From Spirogloea muscicola (lineage: Eukaryota): a DNA stretch of 32,202 nucleotides. Every line of letters starts with the position of its first letter. Position 1 is the stretch's first letter. Shown here in pieces: positions 9,854 through 21,626 of the stretch. The translations under genes and the position numbers were made by a program. Below the pieces are notes generated by a model. The model made no database searches. It was not told the DNA's origin and saw only the letters and a list, made by a program, of their open reading frames with translations. The stretch lies in contig WELB01000001.1 of assembly GCA_009602725.1 (NCBI GenBank), forward strand, positions 62,001-94,202. The letters run 5' to 3'.

Positions 9854-12800
9854 TCAATCTTTGGAAGCCATCTCTGCGGGCTCTCCCCAGGCCTCCATTG
9901 GCTCCGCAAGATCTGCAATGAATAGCGGGACGTGCTCGCGGTCGCCGCCGTCGCCTGTGCCGGCGCTGCCCCGAGCCTTCTCCTCAAAGTCACGGGCCGC
10001 CGCCGCCATGGCCTGCTGCAGCGACGTGTCGCTGAGCCCGTCCGAGGACCCCTTCACCACGATGCCCAGCATCGTGAGCTTCGGCAGCAAGCTCGCCCCC
10101 TGGTGGGAGGCCTTGGGCCCCGGCGCGCCTCCGCCGCTGCGTGGCCCCCGGCCGCTACTCTCCGCACTCTCACGAGACTTGCTTGCGACCCCTCGTTCAG
10201 CTGCAGCTTCCCTCATCGCCCTTGCACGCGCCCAGAGGCTGGGCAGCCAGCCTCTGGGGGCCACCGGCGAGCTACTGCTGCTGCCGCTGCCATTGCTACT
10301 GGACATTGCTGGCGCTCTCGCCTCCACAGGCATGCTGTGCCCTTCTTGCTGCCGCTTTTCTTTATCATGCTCGCCAGGCAGGGCAGAGGCCGCACCTGTA
10401 CCCCCTTCACCCAGCTTCTTGAGGTCTTCGTCCAGTGACAAGCTTCCTGCCTCAGCAGCTTGCGCTCTGGCAGATGACACATACATGCAGGATGTCACGA
10501 AGATGGCACCAACATGGAAGAGTGCATATGATTGCACCCTGAGTGTCGCTTACAGCCATAGAGCTTAGTGGATGCCTTGGAGCACTGAAAGCCGCATGGT
10601 GCAACATGCAAAAGAGCTGAAGCAGAGCAGAGGCAAAACCTGCGCTCAAAGGAGTCTACAAGGACTGAGAAGGAGGGCTGGAGGCCAGTGAGGCGCCGCG
10701 CCCAGCGCCGACCCAGCAGCACGTTGTCCACGCAGTCGGCGAGCCGGCACTCCGCTGCCTTGGCCAGGACAGACTCCACAGGCGGGAGCACACCACCGCT
10801 GTGCTGCCCCATCTCCTCCATCAGATCATGCAGCTGCAAGGACAAGCAGCTAATCAAGTCATTCCCGCCATCCTAAGCCACATCCACTGAACAGAATCGC
10901 TAGTGACCTTAGATACTGAGTATCTAATACTTCATTCTTGCCTTGTCAGGAATATTCCTGCAACCCCGTAGCCTATGCTCGCTCATAAGCTCGCTGTGAG
11001 TGATGTGCATAGCTTAGACGCCTTATCCCCTCTTGGATTCCCTCACGGCTTCTCCTGTGACAAGATCTGTTCTCAGGGATACGCTCTCTGGAAAGTGCGA
11101 TCAGCTGTACACCTCCGGTGGGTCCACAAGGCCGTCGGCGTCATCGTCAGCCTCAGCAGAGGACGTGGCATCGGCGTCCGCCAGCTGACGACGCCGCTGC
11201 ACTGCGCGCGCCTGCCGCACTGCCTCATAGTAGTGGTCCACGCTGTCCCCCACCAGGCTGTTCAGCTGCCTGGAGTCGAAGAAGTAGGGCCTGAACCTGG
11301 CCACAGGATCGGCACGACAAGAACTGTCTCAGGTAATCCACACCTTCGGAGCGCTGTCCCGGGCCATGGATGTCTTAGACTCTGAATGATGAGCCCTGCA
11401 CCGTGAGCAGATAAGAAGGAGACACAATGTGGACATAGGCCACCAGCCTCAAATCTGGAAGCGAGCTGGGAAAGCAGCAGTCGCAGCCCAGCCTTGAGCA
11501 TTGCTGCCCTCTTCTTACTTGAATCGATTGACAACAAGTGCCTGCTGGTTTGTGCTCAGGTGGCTTGTATGTAGCTTGGGATTTGGGGTCTATCAATGGA
11601 TCAGCTATGAAGAAGGCAACATGAGATTTTGCCTACACAACAATTGTTGTTTATCAAATCAGGTCATGCAACAAGCAACTCCGCTCACGCAGTCAGGTAT
11701 TGTAAGGCAGCACACTCCTGCTTGATGGAGCAAGCGGCAATGGAGGGGCCCTGGGTGGCTGACCACTTGATGCCAACCGACGTGTGCACGGCAATCGTCA
11801 TGTCCTGCGCGGTGAAGACTGGCACGCCAATGAAGGCGCGCGCCGCAGCGCGCCCGCCCTCCTTGTGGAGCAGGCCTCTGGCCACCTTCACCTGCGGTAA
11901 TGCAGCATGCGCAAGAGAACCATAAGTACCGCACATGATTTGAGCACAGCTGCAATACACAATGCTTCTACATGCTGGACATTCCTCTTGCTGACTGTCT
12001 CGAGACAACGATGTATAGCCCGGCAATTTCAGAATGCTTTTGATGAGGCTGCAGCAGACCACCGCATGTGCTGGTCGAGTCTGCACCGGCGAGTCATTAG
12101 CCACAAACTTGAAGATGCGAGGATTGCGCTGTACGCAGCCACGTCACACAGGGTCAGCCCAGATTCTGGTCCTGTCACGAATCTGCTGGTAGATGAAGAC
12201 TGGCACCGCGGTCAATCTAGGGCGGTGGGTTCTAAATACTTCTATCCCACAACTTTGCACCGGAGCCCCAAAAGCAAGTGCTCGCAGTGAAATATTTCAA
12301 AGCCAGTCCATGTCAAGGTGCAGCGGCATACAAGAAAATCTCAAAGCTGCACAGGTGAAGTCATCAATTAAGCATGAATACCTTGAATACCTCCACTGGA
12401 GGGGAATGCTGAGTAATACCTTGAAGGACTGGTAAGCAGCCTCCAGCGGGCAGCCGCGCACGCTGCTGCTCGCCAGCTCTGGCGCCGGCGCGTGCAGCGC
12501 CTGCACCTTCCGCAGGTACCTGACTGCAGAGCGGTGTGCAAGGAGAGGGGACGAGGCCAGCGCCTGACTGTCCGCATCAGCTGGAACACGAGAAGGAGCA
12601 CGGCGATGGTGCCGCCCGGCTTGGAGGAGCTGTCGCCTCACCGCCATCGGCCTTGTTGACGAAGAAGCAGAAGGTGGGGCCCTCCTCGACGACGCGGCGC
12701 AGCATCTGCTCGAACCACGCTGCGATGTGCCTGCCGCGCACGGGGCGATCGCTTCTGCAGCTCAGTGGGACAGCATCTCAAACGGCTGGTGCGCCCACGT

Positions 12801-13633
12801 ATTTGGGGGTCCGCCTGCTATGTGCCACTATGGGATAATGCTGTCCCAATGATGCCATAATTACTGACTGTTTAGCTGACACAATCGTGGACCTCAGTGT
12901 GGCGAGGTCAGTCAGGAGCAAGGAGAAGGCAAACGGCGGCCGCACTTGTTGACGGCCTTGGGCACGAAGGGCAGCGGCGGAACGGGCCCGACGACGCAGC
13001 GCACTCCCACCAGGCCGCTGCGGCTCGAGTCGCACAGCGTGAAGACCTGCCCCAGGAACGCCGGCCCCCCGACTGATGCGGGCACTCTTGCCGTCGCCGC
13101 CGCCGCCGCCGCCGGTCTGGCGTCCGCCGCATCGCCGCCGCCATTCTTGGCGCTGGGGCTAGCGGGCACGTCGCTGCAGCTCGCCAGCTGCAGCCTTCTG
13201 CCGCTGACCGCCAGCACCAGCGCCGTGAGGGGCGGCGACGGCCAGGGGTCTGCGGGCAGCCGTGCAGGAGGCCGCCGCCGCCGCTGGCGAGGAGCCCTGG
13301 CGACGGCGGCCGCTGGCGAGGCTGCTGGCGGCTGGGCGGCGTCCAGGAGGCGGCTGCAGAGCTGCCGCAGAGCTGCCGCCGCCGCCGCCGCCGCCGCGTC
13401 AGTAGGCATCGTGCGTGCGTCTCGGACCAGGCCAAGAGGGCGCGGGCGGGGCCACCTAGCGGACCAATGCTTAGGGAACCTCCTCCAAGAAGCAACCGCA
13501 TCTGGTTGCGTGAGACCGGCTCACNGCTGCCGACGCCGCCGCCGCCGTGGGCTCGCAGCTGCCGATCGCCCAGGAGCGCGGCCAGCGCCCTTTGCCACGG
13601 CGGCTCCTGCTGGGGCGCCTCCTGCGCCGCCAT
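9854..13633 (-). CDS. Tic22-like family protein (Arabidopsis At5g62650-type), 9 exons
   Basis: Exons 13633-13525, 13372-12946, 12730-12642, 12523-12420, 12128-12087, 11891-11764, 11296-11113, 10833-10640, 10466-9854; phase-consistent. The motifs GGPAFLGQVFTLCD, GVPVFTAQDMTIAV...GIKWFRPYFFD, DPPE, AKAAE...VLLGRRWARRLTGLQP...LVDSFERR, LPKLTMLGI and PLFIA match this plant family as I recall it. The start codon is tentative. Confidence 0.85.
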
Positions 13634-13781
13634 GGCCTGCCAGCTCAGGCAGCGCTTCCTGCGGCAGCACCCTCGCCACGCAACGCCGCCGCCGCCGCGG
13701 CCGCCACCGCCGCCGCGGCGGACGGAGCTGGAGTGAGCTCACTGCAGTCGCTCCTACCGCAGCTCCGATTCGCGGCTCCAG

Positions 13782-13793
13782 CCCTAACCCTAA
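13782..13793. promoter_or_regulatory. (CCCTAA)2 telomere-like / telo-box-like motif about 150 bp upstream of the Tic22-like ATG
   Basis: ccctaaccctaa is seen directly; function is inferred only from its position. Confidence 0.3.
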
Positions 13794-14151
13794 CTTCTGC
13801 CGTCAACGCGTGCAGTCTTGCAGAGGGAGCGAGAGACGGCGCGAGGTGCGAATGAAATGCCAAGGGCGGCCAATCTTACCCAGTACTGCACATTGGTCAG
13901 GCCAAGACCAGTGCAGACGTGGGGCTACATGTATCGAAGCCCTAGGCAAGTATGCCTCGTCGTGATTGTCATCTGAGGCAAGTGTGACAGTCAGTCCGCG
14001 GACAGGGCTTCGTATCGTCGAGGTGCAAGGCCGCTGCGGCGCGGCGGCAGCTCCGCGTTGCTGACTGGCGCCCAGATGCTGAGCCCACCGAGCTGCGAGC
14101 AGCAAGGACGTGCGTTGCATCGGCACCCAAGGGCCGGGCTCCACCCTCCAC

Positions 14152-14727
14152 CCATCACCGTCGCAATCTGGACATTGTGGGTGTACAACCTGGCGGAGGC
14201 CCACGAGCCTTGGTTGATGTGGTGATGACGGATGCATACAAGAGTTCCGCTTCGACGCACATTGCTGGTCACGCAGTGGGAGGTGCTGAGCAGAGAAAGC
14301 TCCGACACTACTCTGACACCCCCCGCAGCGATCACCTCCTACCGTCGGCAATTGACACTTTCGGCTGCATGGGTCCTCGCTTCCATACCTTACTGGAGAA
14401 CTTTGCAAGTTTGGGATATACTCGACGTGAGGATATGCTTCCACCTCAGGTGGGCATGCCGGCAGCCTACTTCTCATTCTTGCAACGTCGAGTGTCCTTG
14501 TCTGCAGCGAGCTCAGGCTCATGCGTTGCATCAGAAAGCTGGTCGAGCCTTAGCTAGTAGCTCAAGAGCTCGTCGATTGCCGTCCAGTATTCGGGCACCA
14601 GTCAGCGACCTCTATGTGCTGACTCGTGGTTACTGAGCGGGTCAGCTTAGCAGCAGGTGGCGTACATTTTGTCAATGTGCTTGCTTTCGTACTTGGCCAC
14701 ACAGGCCCTCCATCTCTTAATACACAC
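14152..14727 (+). mobile_element. 5'-truncated RLE-type non-LTR retrotransposon relic, subfamily A, copy 1
   Basis: Reads HHRRNLDIVGVQPGGGPRALVDVVMTDAY...AEQRKLRHY...LPSAIDTFGCMG...FLQRRVS, frameshift, CLQRAQAHALHQKAG...SDLYVLTRGY* (stop ends 14636), plus about 90 bp of 3' UTR. Closely similar in reverse complement to 30361-30935. Confidence 0.85.
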
Positions 14728-14935
14728 TCAAATTCTTGCCGGCTCACAAGGAAGCCGCATTGCATAATTAATTGGCTGCAACTGAGTTGGCGGCACTTGA
14801 AGGGGCCACTCAACTTGTCGGATTGCCACTCAGAGAATGACGGCCATGAACTCTGCTACGCAGCAGTCTCGCCACTGCCCACAGCTTCCTGTCAGCGGCA
14901 GGTGACGGGGAGGTGATGCCAATGTTCTACAGTGG

Positions 14936-17900
14936 CTATATGCTTATCGCTGGGCCGAGTTGCTTGTTTCTCGCGGCTTTGCCACTGGTAGCTCTGACGC
15001 TGGGGGCTCGTTGGACACCCGCCGGCTGCGCTCCCCTCCTTGTCATGTCGTCCTTGGCGGACGGCTTTTGGATGGTGTGGTCGGGTGCGGCAGTGAGGCT
15101 GTAAAGGTCTGGGTGGCTCCTGCGTATATGCACTTGCAGCGAGTCAGAGCTCATGCCAATGTCACGTGAGCACCATGGGCAGACTTGCACTGTGGGCCTC
15201 CTGTCCCGCCACTCCATGGATGCTGTGCCGCTGTGCAGCGTCCGGTCCAGCTCCACCAGCTTCCGCATGAAGCCATCGTTGGGTAGCGCCCGGGGATGTG
15301 CTGCCCGCACTTCTGACCACGCACCGGCCAGCGTGCGTGATCTGCATGGACCCACCAGAATTTAATCGAGCATGACCCATACTGTGAAGCTTTGCGTGAA
15401 GCTTTACAGACTCTCGAACCAAGCTGAGCACCTTCAGTACAAAATGGCCACCTGCCACAGTCGCTAGGCTAGGGTGCACTCAGCCAGTCATTGGTCTCAC
15501 TTGCGCATCATCAGGTAGGCAAGCGTGATTGCTACGCTTCGGCTCCGCCCCTCGTAGCAGTGTACAAGAACCTTGCCTTCGCCCGTGGCTGCAGCACCAT
15601 CGATGAAGTCGCAAACCTCCTCAAAGAAACGGCTAATGTCCTCATTGACTGCATCCTTGACCTGCAAGCATGCCCCAGAGGTCATGCAGGTGTAGGGGAC
15701 CAGACAAGGGCAGCAACTGGGAGAGTGATGAGACAACTTGAAGTGATGCCATTGATAATGCAGTATTGACCAAGGGTGTACAGAGCAACTGGCAAGCATG
15801 GAGTACAAAAGCTTGTGAGATGCTTGGCAAATTCAGCTCCTGTCTAAGCTAGAATGTTCCTCATATGGCAGAGCAACATAAGAAAGCATCCAAGATGAGC
15901 ATTTTGTGAAACTCAAATCAAAATCAAAGCAGATTGATTGCTCGGACCTCGCACAGAAGGTATCGGAACTTGGATGTTTCTTGCTCTCCGGGCAGGTCAA
16001 GGAGCTCCGAAGGGCAGAGGCTAACAATGTGAGTGATGCCCAGGTGCTCCAGAGTGTAGATGGACCTCGCCGCAACAGCACCGCCGATGTAGAGGTGGGG
16101 CAAGATTTGCGAGGGGCGCTCCGTTGCTGCGCCCTGGAGGATCAGTGCTACCCGCTCAAGAACGTGCTCCAAGCGCACCTGCATTTCCAGTAGCTCGGGT
16201 TGAGCAGTCTCATGCTGGACAGAGGAGAAGGCTTTCTAAGGCTTGCGGCCTGCTCAAGCTTGCCCTATTGCCCAGCTTCTGTCCTGATGGATCTTGTGTC
16301 CTCAGGACGAAATGGAAAATTGAAATTTTATGCATTGGAATTAAAATTTTGGTGACCATTTGCATCTCAAGCACAAATTTAAGCAACGCCAATGACTCCT
16401 AGCAGCAGCCATGCCTCACATTCCATGTTTTCAGATGATTCGCACTGACGACACGAAGGCACAATGGACCCCTCCACTGAGCTTCAGATGATAGTAGAGA
16501 AAGACGAGCCCACTTCTCCATTTGCTACATAGATGAATCAAGTGCCATAGCATGCATAAATTTGCACTCTGCATGCAGGTAAATTAGGTCCTTAGTGCTC
16601 GCTGTGTCAAGAGGAGGAGACAGAGTGGTTGATCTGAAGGGGCATGGGTTGCAGGATTGTAGATAGCCAGCCCAGATGCAGTCAGAGAATCACTTTGCAG
16701 GTGTCCTAGAGTTGTTTCCCACCTTGAGCTCGTAGCTGTCGACGAGGCTGTGGCTGCCGCCACCATCCAAGAAACCCGTCGTGAATGACTGAGCTCTGCA
16801 CATCTCCTGAGCCTGCTCTCGCATCAGCATGTCCCACAGCTCCAGCTGCTCGCTCAGGTCATTGTCATCCTGCGAGCAGAATCAGCAGCTTCCAGAGACC
16901 TTCAGCTAAACATTGGTAGATAAGGGAGATCTAATGACGTCGAGCATCAGGATGTGCAACAAACAAGCAATTACGCTAAGCACTCTGTGCACAAGTCACA
17001 CAAAGCACCTCCTGTTGCAGGGAAGACGGTCTTGCTCACCTTGGCAGTCCGCCGCACTCCCTTGATCTTCATCGTCAGCCTGGCCGGGGACGACCGCAGG
17101 CCATCTGGAGCGGTGTGCCACAGCCGCCTGGATGTGTGAGGCTTGCGGTGGCTCAAGACCTCACTACGGCCTGTAGTAGAGGCCTCCTCTGAGTTGGTTG
17201 TGCCATCATCATGACCTTCCTTAGCTGAGATGCCTCCTTCATTCCAGCTGGCAGTTCCAGCTTCTCTGGTGGTATCTGAACCTTCGTATTGCTGGAGGTC
17301 CACCTGAGCCTCCATAGCAGCTATGAGTTGCAAGGCTTTGAGCCCCACGTTGGTGTCTTCGGCACAGGGCGCGGCCAAGGGGTCTTTGGAGAGCAGACTG
17401 AGCATGTCGAAGTTGAGTGCTGGCAAGTGCGGCGACTTCACTTTGGGCGGCTGCGCAGCTGGCGCAAATGTTGAATCAACGCTTTCTGCCTCTGTCTGAG
17501 TACTAGTTAGAGCGGACTTTGCCTCCGAATCTGCAGCATCGGCGGACCTGGAAGACGGGCCATCTCTGCTGACCTTGCCCCCGGCAAAGTCGTCTCCAGG
17601 GGTCCTCGCCTTGCAAGCATGCCGTGGGTCTACCTTCTCAGCGGACGGCTTTGCAGCACTGTACGCTGCCTTGAATGCCCCCCCCAATAGCTGCATGCCG
17701 ACGCCCATGGCTTGAGGCGACCATGCGGTGCCCACGTACTCGACAAACGCCCGCAGCATTTTATCGAGGAGGTGGTGCAGCCTGGACAGCATGCTCTGCC
17801 GGTCCCAACCAAAACTACGTCAGGAATGCTGTGGGGCCCAGAAAAGCAGCAGGCTGGCCAGCAGATCAACCCTAGGGACATAAGGTAAGCACCAATACTA

Positions 17901-20593
17901 AGACTTCGGGATTTGGGGAGCATCAAACTGATGCATAGTGTGTGCAACCAAACATAAATATTCTCAATGACAAGTCAATGGCAACTTCTTATCCACCTGT
18001 AGCTGCCAAGTGTCTTCAATGGCAGCACGGAAGCCCTGCTGGAAGCTCAATGTAGTCCGGTCCTGTCTTAGGTCGTTGCTCTTTCCCACATTGCTTCTGC
18101 TACCATTACACGAGCTCGCTCTGGCATCGTTCTCTGAGCCGAGTCGGCCGCCGGTCACCTCGGCCAGGACCTCCGCGGCCACAAGAGAGTCATTCAGGAG
18201 GAGCTCCACGAGCTTTGGGTACTCGGCTCTGTCAAGGGCCGCCTTCCCAGACGGGGGCCGGCGGCAGATGCCCGAGTCGATAACAACAACAGAGCCACGA
18301 TGGTCTTCACCTCCCCGGATGTCATCTTGACTCTGCGCACGTGTCTGCTGGCGGCGGAACGGCTCCATGGGTGCCGTACCATCATGCCCAGGTGTACACG
18401 GACTCCATGCCGGAGCATCGTCTCCGCTCTTGCTGGCATCCTCTGCTGGCTCGGACTGTGGGGGAGCAATGAGCTGGTTTGTAGCAAAGATGAGGTTGGC
18501 TGCATTGCCCCGCCAGCCGAGTCGTCGGCACACCAGGCGGTCCTCGTTGCGCAGGACCAGGTCTAGGACCATGACGTGCCCGAGGGCGTACGCACTGCTA
18601 TCAGCGGCCACCTGCGTGTCAAAGGCCTGGGGGTTGTCGAGGAGCGGCCTGCCATGGACGTAGCCCATGAGGAGGAAGCACCTGCTCAACCGCAGCGCCT
18701 CTAGCATCTCCTCACAGGTTGCCCCCAACATCTCGTCTGCTGCGTCTGCTGCCGACGCCGCTCTCGCCTGCACCGCTTTCACGGTCGCTTGCAGCTCTTG
18801 CCACTCGCTGGAGCTGCTGTGTATGACACGTGCCTGCAACCATAAGTTGTTGGATCAACCTAGGGGTTACCTAGGGTTTCAACCCTGTTCCAAACCTTGG
18901 ACCTCTGACCTCAGACAAGAGGCCAGTTATAAAGGCTCCTATGTCTATATTAAGGTTCTTGATGAGATGTACTGTTTGTCAAGTTGTTGCTACTTGATTG
19001 TCACGTGGTTGCTCAGTATAGCTGGGTGACATGCACAGCCTGCCTGCGGACCTGCGGGGTTGCGACGTGGAGGTGCCTGGCCAGCTCGCCTCCAAGCCGC
19101 TCGGACTGAGTGGCCAGCCTCGTGGCTGAGAACTTCATGCACGCTGCAGACTCACCCACCACTTGGCCTTGTGCACTGTTGCGCTTGAAGATGGCAAAGA
19201 ACACAAGACCCCCAGAGTTCACGGTGTACTGCAGCACACTGACAACAACAAGTACACTGAGATCTCGCCCTCGCCCCCCTTAAAGGGCAACTGGCAGACC
19301 TTGACCATGAAAGAGGCTTGCAGCTAAACTAACCGAAGTAGCACTCAGGACAGTAAGCTGCAGCTTGTATCTATTCGCAGACAGTCTTATGAAAGCACTG
19401 TCACTTTAGGTGGTAGGAGGATGATGAAGCTTTGGTGCCCATTGAGAGCCTGAGGAGCGGGACACATTAAGCAGTCTAGCAGTATCTTGCCTCGATGTGG
19501 GTGCCGATGGCAGCATTACCCTCGCCCTGACTTGCGCTGCTGCTGGCAACGTGCTCGGTGCGGTGGACCGAGATGAGGCTCTGCCATGGGACGCGCCCGA
19601 GGGCTACGTCAAGCTCCACAGCATCACCAAGCCTCTCTGCCAAGCACTCCTTTGTCGCGGGAGGTAGAGCCTGCGAGTCTGACGAGGCCTGTGTGGAGCC
19701 TCTGCAACCTCTGCAGACAACTCTGTCAATATTCTCACACCTGCTCGTTGTCATCGGCGTTCTCATTGGCAAGACCGTACAACAACAAGCGCCTCTGATA
19801 GCTACTGGAACTTGACAAGAGGGAGAAAGTCCCTAGCTGCAGTAGCTGCTGGACAAAAACCTGCAACTAAAACCTGTGGCGTTCTTTGGCGGCCACAGGG
19901 GCATAGCTTGGCCAGTCTGTCTTTTCTGGAGGACGGAAATTTTTGTACAGCAGTATGGAGAGTACTTGCTCAGAGTGAACGGCTCTAACCTTCTGGTTGA
20001 TGCATCGCAACTAAGTCCAGCACCAAGCGCAGCAGAGGACTTAGACGGCTGAAGCTGCGTCGAGCGCTTGCGCTGGGAGCGCAGCCAGCCCTCAAGGTCT
20101 CCGGCATTGGCAGGAGCGTCCAGCATCTCGGGCCGGAGCCCGAATTGCTGCAGCGTCAAGGGCAGCATGCCAGCAGCTGTGACTGAGCCTTTGCACAAGC
20201 AAAATATCCTATCTCTTTTCCAAATTGATAAGTAAGTTATCCTCAAGAAGCTGTAGGCAACATTGACTTCACAGCTGCCTCCAGCAAAAGCAGTTGAAAT
20301 TGAAGAGGACTGCGTACCCGCGGCGACATGTCCGGCGACAGCGCGATGCCTGCCTCGTGGCACGCCTCCTCCAGCGCCAGCTTGATCTCCGCGGCCGCCT
20401 CGCTCTCCTGTGGCAGGCACCGCAGTTGGCGCCGCTTCTGTGAGCTGCCGCCACTGTGGCCTCAACAAGTTTGCCGATCGATGCGAGCTTGCAAATTCAG
20501 AGCTCTCGCCGCACTAGCTGAAAAGTACTGAGATGGCAATCGGCCTGGCCCGCCCTTTGGAGGGCTCACCTCGCCATCGCGGCAGTGCGCCAT
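14936..20593 (-). CDS. PHS1: PHS1 (PROPYZAMIDE HYPERSENSITIVE 1): atypical actin-fragmin-kinase-like tubulin kinase fused to a dual-specificity phosphatase, 11 exons
   Basis: Exons 20593-20570, 20407-20318, 20147-19966, ~19710-19491 (GC donor), 19228-19052, 18833-17997, 17795-17040, 16869-16723, 16178-15948, 15661-15501, 15341-14936. Motifs TVNSGGLVFFA, MKFSATRLATQSERLG, LDLVLRNEDRL..RLGWRGN..NL, IDSGICRRPP.GK, YELKVRLEHVLER, LYIGGAVAARS, catalytic VHCYEGRSRS, and a C-terminal CPWC...H...H. An in-frame alternative start exists at 20695. Confidence 0.95.
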
Positions 20594-20708
20594 GGACGGG
20601 CAGCCTCCTGCACGGCTGCAGCTGCGGGCGCTGCAGGCTGCAGTGTCGTGCTCTGGGGATGGCCAAGGCGCCACTTTTAGGACACCCAGCGACATTGACT
20701 ACGGGATC

Positions 20709-20866
<158 letters not shown>

Positions 20867-21626
20867 CCCCCCCCCCGCCGGTCTCTCTCCCTCTCTCTCT
20901 CCATCACTCAATACACACTCCATTCTCCCTCTCGCGCTCCTCTCTTCCCATCCCCCTTTTCCTCCCCCTCTTCACCCTCCTAGTGCTATATTCCCAGTCC
21001 CTTTCGTTTCCACTTCTCTGCCGCGCCCTTGATGCTGTATGCCCGCACCAACAGCTCCAGCAGTAGGCTATGATCGCCCGCTGTACCGTTCACCTCGGAG
21101 ATGGACACAGTCCTCAGAAAACGGACAAACAAGCAGGTGTCCTTCTGGCTAAGCAAGCATGCGGCTTCCTGCAGCACACTTGAGCAAGGTTTGGGCTTAA
21201 GGTCGTGTTTACTATGGTCGTCTATGTCCACTACGCTCCCTCCACGTTCACCGAATTGTGGCAGACTGGGCTTCTGTGCCATCGTCTTATCCTTCACTCA
21301 ATCAGCTGCAGATCTGGTTACACGCCTCCTCAGAAGACCTGGTCCCTCTACAGAGTCGAACCAAATTTGAATTCTCAAATTCCAATCAATAATGAATCGA
21401 AATTTTTTTGTGAAGAGAGCGGTGAGCTCAAAGGAGGCCTTGCAGTGTAGTCAACTTGGCGAAGGGGCCATACTGCCAATGGACCAAGGGCCGTGAGAAA
21501 GCAAGGCCAAATTAAAAAACAATCGATCGTCAGCAATTAAGCCGGGAGCCCTGGCACGATGCCCTTGCCTAGCATGTGAGTGACACTTCGTGTCTGCTGC
21601 AATGGAGGCAGTCAGACTTCTCTGCG

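Noticed and set aside
9810..10568. 252-aa plus-strand ORF
   Set aside because: Antisense shadow of the last Tic22-like exon.
12908..13965. Overlapping Ala/Arg-rich ORFs up to 339 aa
   Set aside because: Stop-poor GC-rich DNA and GCC repeats around the Tic22-like 5' end.
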